From Chlorokybus atmophyticus (taxonomy: Eukaryota > Plantae > Mesostigma and Chlorokybus algae): a stretch of DNA of 64,000 bases. Both the position numbers and the translations under genes were made by a program. The notes under the pieces were generated by a model. That model was not told the origin of the DNA. It was given only the letters and a program-made list of their open reading frames with translations, and did not search any database. Shown one piece after another: positions 45,664-57,223 of the stretch. The stretch spans positions 334,003 to 398,002 of the forward strand of contig RHPI01000773.1 in NCBI GenBank assembly GCA_009103225.1, written 5' to 3'. Within the stretch, counting starts at the first letter, position 1; every line of letters starts with the position of its first letter.

Positions 45664-48204
45664 TTATTGCTGTGAGACCGCCTGAGGCTGCTGCTGCAGC
45701 TCCACAATGGCGGGTCTCAATGTTGGGTTTGCGGCGAGCGACATGAACACTCCAGCAGCAATTTCACGAACATCCCCGTCAGCGGACCTGGTGTTGGTCA
45801 ACACAAAGTGATGAGAAGCATGAACTATGCTTGCAGCCAGAGAGGGATAATGTGCCACATTGAAGGCGCGAAGCGGTTATGGTTATGATAATGGTTGTGA
45901 TAGCGGAGCGGATGACTGCTACTGGCATTGCAATGATAGACTTTGTTACAGCAAGTGCATAGCCTTACCGGACTAGGGTCATCAGCCGCTGTACAGCACC
46001 GTCTTCTGCTGCTAACTGTGCCTGAGCATCTGCACTGCCCAAGGATGAGCAGAGGAAGGTGAGGAGACAAGGCTGATGTGTGTATGTGTGTATGCGCATG
46101 CGCATGTGTGCGCGGGCGTGCATCCCATCAATCCGCACTCATTTCACTCAAGCACTCAACATCAGACCACAGAGCATTCCCACCCATACAACAACTCATT
46201 GCATCCTCACCTGCTGCCAGTAAGCATGGCCAGAGCGAGCAGCACTCTCACCAACACCTCCTGTTCATCCGACCTCAACAACAGTGACGCGAGGGCTCGC
46301 ACCAGACCCTGCAGCCACATGCACAAGAGTGACACAAGACCACTGTTGATGTTGTATCCGTTTGCAACTGGCTGGCAGTCATCACACCAGCCCAGCTCAA
46401 TCCACTCTTGCGCATGCAACATTACAACATTTGCAAGGAGAACAAGCAGAGCTTCTGCTCGCAGTCTTGTAGAAAACACGCATGTTGAGTGTTGTGTTTT
46501 ATTGCACGTGCATGACTGATTGCCTGATGCAGTGCCTTGCTTGTGCAACACACCTGGCGAACCAGTGCTGTCCTTATTGACTCAACTGCACACAGCGCGC
46601 AAGCAGCGTCCGCGAGAGCCTCGTAAAGAACAGCTGCATGGTACAACACACACTCGCAGTCAAACATGACTTGCTTGATAACCCAAAGGCCCACACCATG
46701 GATGCTGCACAAGTCCCAGGCAATGTGTGTACTCACCGCTGACTGCTTGTTGCACGGCGTCTGCGAGTGCGCTGACCACATCAGCCGAGATAGCTGCCTG
46801 TGCACCCGCTTCGCTGTAACATGAGTATGAATATGGTATGGACATTGACCTTACCGAAATTGCATGCAGCTAATGACAACGGAGATGCCTGCATGCAAAG
46901 CTGGAAGCTGCACCTGTCGGAGATGGCACGAACCACGGCTGCGGCATTGACCTTTAATTGCTCTTCGTGAGACTCAGAAAACAGGAAAGATAGTACAACT
47001 GGCAACTGCAAGTCAGTGATGTCAATCTCCTTTTAACGCCATGAACAGACCAACATCATAGTGCAAAATCCTTTTCTCTGATCCACACCACATTGGCTCG
47101 TAGTATCTCCTTGACGTAGCCGGCATTTGCAATGCCTGCCAGTGCAGCGCAAGCATTCCTCTGCGCACACAGATAATAGACTTGTTCATAACACAAGCCT
47201 TCCCATGCATGTGTTGCTACTGGACATATGACTGAGACAGTCTTGACAACACCTGTGCAGCTTCATGATCTGATGATAGCAGGGTTGTGAGGGGTCCAAC
47301 CTGTACAGTGCGTGGCAAGCAGTGGTCATTTTTCACGAACACATGAGTCAGTGCGACAGCTGTCAGTTGTCACCAGCATACCGCATTGGGTAAAGCGGCA
47401 GCAGCCTCTGGCCTTGAAGCCAACAACAGCACTGCTGCAGCTGCGCGTGCCGCCTCCGCACGGTCCTGCGCAGATCGCCAGTGTGTGCGTGTGCGCGCGT
47501 GTGTGCGCGCATGCGTGTATGCAGCTGGAGATAACATGCTGAGAAACGTGACAAACGCCACATATGCAGTTATAGAACCAAGCAAACCAGTAATAACACA
47601 TTCAAGCACGACAAATTATTGCTTATACTGCAGAAGGCATGGCAAACCAGACAACAACGCAAGCGTGAGTATCACACTGCTATGGGTAAGCATGCAAGTT
47701 GTCGTTATGCTAAGTATTGTGCTGATTGGGGCAACTAGCTACTGCTCGAAGTACAGGAAGCAAGCTTTTGAGCAATGTGCAAGCTCTTGAGGAATGTGCT
47801 TGTTGCGTGCGAGACATATTCACCTTTGTATAGCTGCGCACGCTTGTAAATATTGTACAAGTTCAGGAGAGTACCTGTGACTGCAATCTGCTTATCTCAG
47901 CTGAGGCCGATGCTGGAATGTCCAACGCACTTACAGCAGCTGCGGAAACAGAGACAGCAAACAGTAAACAACTGCACCACACTCAAGTTGAGAACGACCT
48001 TGCTATGCAAAGTCACTTGAAATGAAGGCAATGGCTCTGCAGGTTGCGCACTGCAAGCTGAACAAGCAAGCGAGCAATGACTTGTGTAAGTATTACACAA
48101 ACAATCAAGTATTTGAGCCTTGAGCCAGCAAACAAGCGAGCAGAGAAGGGAGCAAGCAAACGCGCGAGTATGTCAGCAAGCTTGCCACCTTCAGCTGCAG
48201 GCAT
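45664..48204 (-). CDS. Probable ARM/HEAT-repeat protein, multi-exon, boundaries approximate
   Basis: A series of Ala/Leu-rich helical exon fragments bounded by GT/AG: RAEAARAAAAVLLLASRPEAA, EEQLKVNAAAVVRAI, ALADAACALCAVESIRTALVRQ, LVRALASLLLRSDEQEVLVRVLLALAML, DVREIAAGVFMSLAANP. Candidate ATG at 48204. Confidence 0.5.
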
Positions 48205-48559
48205 CGCGCTTTTGCGTAAGCGGCGGCAATGCCGCTGCAAACGTCGCCACCACCGCTGCAGGCACACCTCGACCTGGCCTAGCCGGGCCGGTGGCCTGCT
48301 CTAGTCCGGCCTGGCACACCTTTTGAAAAACGTTTGGTGACTGTTCACAGACCGCTGGTTCCAGAGGACGCAATTCAGGGGTATCCTCTGCTGTATTGCA
48401 GGCATACGTTCCAGCAACTTGTAAAATATCGCGTTTCACTTGGTTCTGCGTTTCTCAGGTCCGTGACATCTTTCGCGGAAACGGGACAGATGAATGTAGT
48501 CTTCCACGCTTGCATAGGGTTGAGGCGGCGACGTTGGTGGCCGGCTGGGCGTTAAGCAC

Positions 48560-51149
48560 ATGGCTACGCAGCATGCGAACGCAGGGCATGTTGTCAATGT
48601 TGAAACACAGGGCATAGTGGCTGAAGGACCGTCAGCTGCTGGCGTTGAGAGCAGAGCAGCCCAGTTCGAGGAGCGCTCCCAGCCAGCCGGGCCCAGCAAC
48701 AGGGCCTGGCAGCCTCATTGCTATGAAGACGTGGAGGGTTTTGTGTTCTCTGGAAAGGGCCACGTACCCAGGGTATAGTCCACATTGCTTGGTTGTTATC
48801 AATCACATGGTCTCGTTCATGCACATGCTGACTGGTAGGGCATCACGTCTGCAAGGATACGCAGAGTACGGGAACATGATAGCGAAAGCTTGCCTGCAAT
48901 TCTAAACTGCGTGTTATGCACACAGTCATACGCATTGCCAATCCATCATTCGTGACGCACTGCTCAGCTCATGTTGCTGCGGTTCACAAATGCAACGTCA
49001 TCTGTGCAGTTGCCAGGTATAGACTATGCAGTGACAACAGCATTCCAGTGAATATGCATATTCATGCATTTCTTAAGCCGCTGCAGTAAGTAGTGTACCA
49101 TGTTGGTAAGTGTGCTTGTGAGGTTGTAAGTAGTGCACCATATTAGTAAGTGAGGTTGTGAGGCTAATATATACGGAAAGCGTGCGGGTCCAGTTTACAA
49201 GAACCTTTCCAACCTTCCCACTGCGTGGAGTTTGCTGGTTTGCAAGCATTGACACAAGCAAAGCAGACGATTGGAATTGAGAGCATATATGTGCGTGCTG
49301 GTAGAGCAGAATGTTGCGCGCGGTGGCTGTTGCTGTCAAGTTGTCAAGTTGTGACAACACGCAAAGCTGCCTTTTCCAGCATAACTGATTCGCTGTCTCA
49401 GCAGATTGGTACACTCAACTATATGTTGGCCTTGTGCACTTGCTGTCATGCAGTTCTGCACCTGTGTTGCATGCATTTTGATTGTATCGTGTGCATGTTG
49501 GGATGCAGGAGGATGAAGCTGGAGTAGTTGTGCTTGGCCCGGATGGCTCGCTGTTTGTGGGTTTGCCGCCAGATGCAATTGCAAAGCAGAAGCGCCGTGC
49601 TGAAGAAGAGCAGGCCAATGCTAATTTGGAGTCAACATACGGTGAGCTTAACATCATGGGCAAAGCAGGCTGCCACTCGTGCATGCCGCATCGAGCGTGC
49701 GGTGGGTTTGAAGACAGGACAATAGATACGCAACAGACGCTGAATTGTAAGCGGGTAGTATATACAACCTTTCTTTCTATGATCATGCTAGTACTCTTGT
49801 CTATACATAGTTTGAGCAAGAGGAAAAAGAATGTTACAGTTCTACAGCCTTGTGTGGCTTGCATGCATCGATGGCTCCAACATGTGGACAGGAAACATAT
49901 ATTATGCTTGTGTTGCAGAGACAGCACTTGGGGCTCGAGAGCCGGTGTTGCCATTGACAGCCAATGATGCAAACCAAGTACCCCTCGCCTTCCAGGTTGG
50001 CTGTTGTTCCTTGATTGGAAAGTAAAAGTTGGTTAGTTGAATTGGGTGCACATGTCAAGCATACATCTGTTGCAGCTTGTAATTATTACACGCCATCAGC
50101 TTGCATCCCAGGCAAGCTTTATGTTTACGAAGTGCGTAAAGTGTTGATATGCTTTCTTCAGATGCGACCATTGGTGGCAATTGCCTTTGCAGATGCTTCA
50201 CAGGCGACGAGTACGAGCACTGATGCTACTATTGGTTGTGGACCTTGCATACGCGATAGCGTCCTTTGCTGTTGATCAATCCCACAATGACCCTTCACCT
50301 CCTCCTCCTCCCTCATGGCTCAGCCCGCCTCCGCTATCATCAACGCGCGGTTTCTTCACCAACAATGGGCCCACGTTTCTGGACTATGCGCAGCTCGTGT
50401 CCCATGTGATAGTCAACGTCATTGGCATGGCCGCCTGTGATGCTAGCGCGCGGTCGATGACGGTGTTTTTGGTGCTGGAGGTTGTCATCACGGCACTGTC
50501 GGCAGTGCAGAAGCTGACGCCCATTCTGTTCATACGCATTATCATCATCCTGATCGCCGTGCAGGTCAGCCCAGCGCGCGATGGGGTTGTGATGCGTTGT
50601 TTTTGATGAATCCAATGATTATGGCATCACCTTGTGTTATCATTGTCTGCTGATATGTCGTGTCGTGTCGTGTCGTGTAATGTCAGTCAACACAACTTGC
50701 ATTGCTTTGCAGGTAAGGTCAGGCATGATTGCCATGGCTGCCATGAGGCGGAGTCCCGACTCGCAGACAGCTTCACGCTTGCTCGCTCGTCTCAGGGTAA
50801 GCGTAGCTTAGGTGCTTACATTTTAGACCTAGCAGCACTTAAGCTGCCGTGCACCATCACACCAGACACACCACACCAATGCTCGCTGTCCATTTACTCC
50901 TTGTGGATATCAATTTCCACTTCTGTACAGGAGTGGTTGGGGCGAACTTCACCACGTGACGGCCCCACTTCATCCCAGTCTTTGCCAGAGCAACAGCGAG
51001 TCTCAGTGCAGTCCAACAACGTAGTACAAAACCCTGCTGTGTTGCAATCGCATGCGCGCTTGTACACAAGCCACCTGTTGCTGCACTTATTTCGGCATCC
51101 ACCTGACCAGAGCAGAGTTCATCGGGATGCTATTCATAGTGCGCCTTAA
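48560..51149 (+). CDS. Uncharacterised multi-pass membrane protein, multi-exon
   Basis: Exons from MATQHANAG (48560) and EDEAGVVVLGPDGSLFVGLPP to a hydrophobic exon at about 50190-50565 with about 4 predicted TM stretches. Splice signals are consistent; the 3' end is uncertain. Confidence 0.55.
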
Positions 51150-52248
51150 TACTGAGTACTTCTAGCATTGTAGTCTACAGGATATGCTTATGCAGCGTGT
51201 GTGTGTGCAGGTTGTTACATTACATTGTTGGTCTTTGTTACATAGCACATCATCGCTGTGCCAGGCTGTTGTGGCTGTGTGTTTCGCGAGTAGTTAGCAA
51301 TAGGCATGTGTCTACAATTGCGTAGGTTGCCTTGGACGCCATGACAGGAGTATCTAGACCGCTTTCATAGATGCAGTCAATGTGGCGACCACATCAACAA
51401 AGCACTATTGTTACAACGCATCAACTGCGAGCCGAACATTGGCGACACTTGGGTATATGTTTGATGTACTGACCAATGCACAAGAGTTGACTTGAGTGCA
51501 CGTGTATGATATGCAGTTGGACAAGTGCAATTCAGTACGAGTGGTGCAATGCTGCAAGGTGATCCTACCCAAACCATACCTCACATGTGTTGGTTGTAAG
51601 CAAGTACATGTGCTGCATGAGTGCTTATGACTTGAATCGGTTAATCTTGTGAAAAGTTCATGACATATCGGCTCTTCCATTCCGTCTGCCGCAGTGCATA
51701 CAGCGGCCTCCTATGTTATGAGAGGCGTTGTGTGCGGACTGTGCATGTTGTTGCCACATGACTTATCGACTCCTCTAACATCGGTATTCTAAAAAGAACA
51801 AAGAACAAAAGCAGCTGCACCAGGCTACTGTCATCTTCGGTAAGGTTGTGTGCTATTCATGCCTTGCATGCGACAGAATCAAGCGCAACAGCACAAGACT
51901 GCCAACACCAACATGAGTGATGCAGTGTTGCATGCAGATCCTACCCACAAGTTACCTCGCGTTTACCATAAAAGTAGATGTGCTGCATGCCGTGACTATG
52001 CATTGGCCACCTGTGCCAGCCGTATGAGATATTCATGACATTCATGATATGCCTCTCATCGTTTTCTAGAATTGACTCATTGTTTGAGACAGACTGGTTA
52101 CAACTTGAATTGGACTGACCACCATACATGAACAATTGCACCTGATGTCCTGTAGCTTCAATAGCACTAACACTGACAATGTGCGGTCTCTAGGATATGA
52201 AACCTTACGCGTTCACTGCAAAACCAACATAGCAGCCACTAACCAAAG

Positions 52249-53479
52249 TCACCGCGCGGGACCGCGCGTTGCTCTGTCCTGGGACCCGCCCCTCCTCGGG
52301 TCCCGCGACCGGCCAAAGTAGTTGCCTGTCATAAACCTGCGTGCAGTAAAGTCATAATCAAACACCACAAACAGTTCACACCTATGGTTGTGTGAGAGTG
52401 CTACTGGCATACACACAACGTTGTATTAACGGATGTTGTACTTACCATATGAAAGGTATAGCTAACAAGCCTCGCCAACCGAGGAATACTACCGCTGCAA
52501 TGACTGCGCAATAGTATTTCGCCGGCACCTGAGTTGTATTATAGTGATGTGAACTGAAGTGCGACATCATGTCATACCAAGTTTGTAGACATAGCCATAA
52601 CTACCTGCAACCCAAATATAGCAGCATCTGGTAGGTTTAGCAGCGCTGTGCCGGGCGGCTGGTGAACCAATCTGATGGCAGATAACAGACATTACCTATA
52701 CAAGTAACATGCACATCACAAGCTGACACTGAACAGTCGATTACAACTGTGTATGCGGAGAGAGACGTATGCGCACACACATGCACATGCATGTGCACAT
52801 ACACATGCATGCATACAAGCATGCACTTGGGCAAAGTACATGTATCGTTTTACCACAACCAGTGCCAAAACACGTGCATGCACGCGCACACATGCGTGAG
52901 CATGCACACATGCACATACGCGCACACAAGCGCACGTGCCCGCGCATAGCGTATGTACATCTTTTACACAACCGATGCCAAATATAAATACCCAGATGTT
53001 GAGGTTGTCATGCACGAGGAGTACCAAGATTTCACTCACTTCAAGGGTGGTGCATTCCAGTCAAATGCTCCCGATATGCCTGTTTGAGGCTGAGGCGCCT
53101 GAGGCGCTTGCCCGCCTGAATAAAACAATGCAATAGTATATGTCATGCAAACGCACGCCGTGACAAACAACAACCCTTGACATTCTGTCGGACCAGCAGT
53201 GGTTGTTCTTGTGTTAGTGGATGATGACGCCAAAGGCGTTGCATAAGACGTTGAAGCGGTGGCCTGCGTGCGGCTGCGTGCCGCTATAGCCCTCGGATCA
53301 TCATCTGCATATGTAAGAAAATGAATGACTGGAATAAGATCAACAATGTTTGAATTTCTACGTCACTTTACTACTTCATCAAGCTTGCACAATCCTGCAT
53401 GTCAGCATACACTCCGTTGGCAAGCACACTGCCTGCATCGCTCACCTGGTACAATCTCGCCGTTGATGATACGCACCAT
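52249..53479 (-). CDS. FAM241-like (DUF4605-like) small membrane protein
   Basis: Spliced product begins MVRIINGEIVP|DDDPR, matching the FAM241B-type MVRILANGEIVQDDDPR start as recalled. It ends with the TM segment VPAKYYCAVIAAVVFLGWRGLLAIPFIW and a final exon FMTGNYFGRSRDPRRGGSQDRATRGPAR*. Confidence 0.75.
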
Positions 53480-53877
53480 CGCCTCTCCGCCGCCACCGCC
53501 GCCGGCAACACCGTCGCGCACACCGCCGGCGATGCTGCCAACAACCACCGCCTGCAGATGTGCTATAAGAATAAACATGACCATTAGCTCGTGCGTTTCG
53601 TTCCGAATTGATGACTCATAATGAACGACGAGACACGATTTGTGTCAGTTTGGCACGGCCAAGCTTCATGTTTTTTCGATGCTTCGATGCTTATTTCCAG
53701 TGCGTGACGTCCTTCCATCACTAATTTGCAACGACTGACAGTGACGCTGACTGCGACACTGACGCTGCGGGTACAGCCTTGGTTGCTGCTCGCAGCATTT
53801 GGCATTGCTTCCGTGCACATCCGCGGCGACGTTGCTGGTAGGGTCGTCCTGTGCGCCCGCTTGTATAGCTAGCGGAA

Positions 53878-56315
53878 ATGCCCAAGGTGCGTTTGTTGCC
53901 GTGCTCCGCTCGCCTTTGCAGCGCTGCAGTTGGTCACCTGCATCAAAACTTGTTGCACAACCCTAATTCTGGCTTGCTGTGTTGACATGCTTGCATTCGT
54001 TGCTTGACTTTTGTGTCTTTGCATCATCACACTGGAGATTAACAATGCCTGTGTTCTGAATCTTTCTCATCCGCTGTGGCAGAGCGAGTCCCCCCCTCCT
54101 CGCAGGCGCCGCAGGTATGGTAAACACTGCAGGCATTTGCTGCTGTTTCGGGCTACTTGGCTACTTCCTTAGTTCCCAATTGATTACCAATGTTGTGTGC
54201 CGCATCGGTATGGTTGTCGCTACTAAAGTCATGCCAATGACAGGGCAGTTGATCCTGATTGTGAAGGCTTTGTGCATACATGACTAGGGGCTTGCAAGCC
54301 ATGTGCAGTAGCTTTGCACTTGCATGTACTGTTTTCAGCAGCTTCAGTGCATTCATCTCCAGTGCATTGGACAGCGGTGCCTGCTAAACCCTGCAGTACT
54401 GCCTTGCTGCAGGGTTTGGAAAAAGTACTTGTGTGCTCCTTGTTTGCATTTGCACATGTGGCACTCACAGCTAATATTGCACTGTGTTCGCAGCCCATCA
54501 AAGTCGCCCTCAAGATCCCCTCCTCCCAAAAAGCGCGATGACGACGAGTAAGTGCATAACCAACACACACACAGAGAGCGGTGTCAATTACATCTTGTTG
54601 CGATGTAGTGCAGCTGCAATATTGCCCGACTGTCACACTCATATGCATATTGTCCCCTTTTCTGCGCAGAAACTCAATAAACCCCGGCAACAATTTGTAT
54701 GTGTCTGGACTTTCGGTCCGCGTCACTGAGGAGCAGCTCAGGACGCACTTTGAAAAGGAGGGCAAGGCAAGCAGCTGTTTGCGATGATCAGCGATGGTTC
54801 TTTGGCAAACTGTGCCATTATGTGCACAGGCGTGCCTGCACGCATGCGTGCATGTGTACGTCTGCGAGCGTGCGCGAGATTGTGACTGTGAAAGAGCGTT
54901 GCTTCATGGCTTTATGTTGAGTGCAGGTCTTGGACGCAAGGCTAGTGCTTGACCCGCGCACAAAGGAGTCGCGAGGGTTTGGTTTTGTCACGATGGCAAC
55001 ACTGGAGGACGCCGACCGTGCTGTCAAGTACCTCAACAAAAGCGTCCTGGAAGGCCGCGTGCTGGCGTGCGAGAAGGTGAGCACCAGTACATATGTGGTG
55101 ATGGGTGAATATATAATTAGACAGATGCATGTGGCTTGCATGTGGCGCGCGTGCTATCATTTCTCCAAACTGAGCGTTGGCTGTGGCCAGTTCAAGCTGT
55201 ATATAGCCCTTTGCTACTGCAACAACATCAACATCATCAGCAACAACTTCATCAACTACTTCATCAACATCATCATCAACAGCCACAGCCACAGCAACAG
55301 CAACATGTGTGCGATGATGGTCTGATCTCCCTCGACTGTGCTTCATCGGCCCCAACCCACTGCTAGTTTGGAAGTTGATGGCTCCAACAACACAAGTCCA
55401 TCCTGTCGTCACCGTCGTCCAACAGCGTCCAATACCAACGCTGTGAATACTGCATGCATTGTTATGTGCACCTACGAGCCTGGCTCTTTGGCCGCTGGTA
55501 CCTTGTGCATGCATTGTGACATGTTGCATGCATGGTTGCGTGTGTAGACAATGGCTGTCGTGTCAGGCAAAAAGAAAACGTGAGAGAACACCCACACCAG
55601 GCTCTTACTTGGGCATGCGTGGTCAGCGTGATTCAGGTGATTGCCCTATCCGTTGTTACTGCGCGCAAGTATATTTACATGCTGCTTGCCCGTGTGTGCG
55701 CGTGCGTGCGCTCACAGGCCCGACGCATCAAACCTCGGCCCCAAACCCCCGGAAAGTATCTCGGTTCACGCTCGGGTGTAGGTGGGTGCCTATCACCCCA
55801 GCAGATAAGATAGAGTTGTAGTAGTTGGGTGTGTCTGTGTTATTTCCGCAGCATGGTTGTTGGCTAGAACTGACCAAAACCTGTCGCATATGTGTGAGTC
55901 GGCGCTCTCTTTGCACAAGGAGGAATGTCTTTGGGTGCAATGCTTGTTTGGGGAATTGGTTGAGTAGGTCGAGTAGGACAGGTTGCGCAGTGTTGGGTTA
56001 CCATGCATGGGTAGTGGAGCTGGTTCAGGCACAGGGCCGATTCCTGTGAAGGCGTAGCTGCATCACATTATGTGAACGCGTGCGAGAGAATGTTGCCTAA
56101 CCCTCGCAACGCGTGTGTCTGCAGGACCGGAGCCCTCGAGGGGTGGCCGAGACGACCGTGACCACAGGGATCGTGACCGTGACCGCGATTACCGGGACAG
56201 GGACAGGGACCACCCCCGGGACTCACACAGGCGCCGGACATCCCCACGTTACTCCCCTTATGGCCGCCGCAGATCCCGCTCAAGGTCCCCCCGCTACTCC
56301 CCGTACAGGCGCTGA
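53878..56315 (+). CDS. SR45a/Transformer-2-like RRM splicing factor with alternative duplicated exons
   Basis: Exons 53878-53886, 54083-54114, 54494-54547, 54670-54766 (NPGNNLYVSGLS), 54927-55076 (SRGFGFVTM RNP1), then 55567-55636 or 55718-55775, then 56125-56315 (RD/RS tail). GC-AG intron at 54767-54926. Confidence 0.9.
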
Positions 56316-57223
56316 CTGCCCTTTGACAAGTATGAATACTCGGCGAGCAGGTGTTGAGAGTTCTGGTCAGCAGGTTTTGCATGGCGTGGTGAGTGTTAGT
56401 GTTTCCCTGTCGTATGCTATCCTACCCTCCCCACATGTGTGGGAAGGACACCCTGGTAGCACAATTGTGTGCATTAGTTGGGTTAGGAGAGGTAGTGACG
56501 CTTGCACGCAAGGGGTGAAATGTGGAGGGTTTACTTCTTTGTTGAGTTTACTGTAGTGCAAACGCACCCCACCCAATGGGTCGCAGGTCATGCACGGCAC
56601 ATCTTTGTCTAGGTAAAGGTTGACCCGCACTGACTGCAGTTAATCAATACAGCCACACGAATTAGCTCAGCTACCAGCAACAAGTGTGGTTGGGTTAGGC
56701 ATGTGGCTATGGCTGCTGAGATCTATGTACACTCCAGTTGTGAAGGCTGTGTTATAGCAGACATTGTTGTATGCCTGCAAATCAGTGATTGAGCAGTGTC
56801 TTGAAATTGAATCACCCAGTATAACATGATCCACCCCTACTGCGGGTTGAGCAGGCTTGATTTGCTGGTTAGTTTATCACTTAGTTGCGTGTGTGCGGCA
56901 TTGGCCTGCAAGCAGTCTACTTGGTACACAGCCACTATCTACCACTGGTCTAGTTGTGTGTTTGACCAGAGTGCATGACGGCACCATCACAAGGGACGAT
57001 GACTACTAAACCCGCACATCAGCGCGTCAATGTCAAACACCAATCAATTTGCCCTTCTGCAAGTCGACTCTCATCATCTCCAGGAATGCAACATGCCACA
57101 CCACTTGGTAGACTGCTACAACTCCTCTCACCAACACCTGCCACTATGTACAAGTCAACTCACCTTCTACGCCACGTGCACCACCCAGTAACAAACTGAC
57201 ACGCTGCTGTGTGCCACTGGTGT

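Noticed and set aside
52255-52320. GC-rich hairpin (GGGACCCG...CGGGTCCC) as a MITE or terminator
   Set aside because: It lies in the last coding exon of the FAM241-like gene, with no TSD or other copies in the window.
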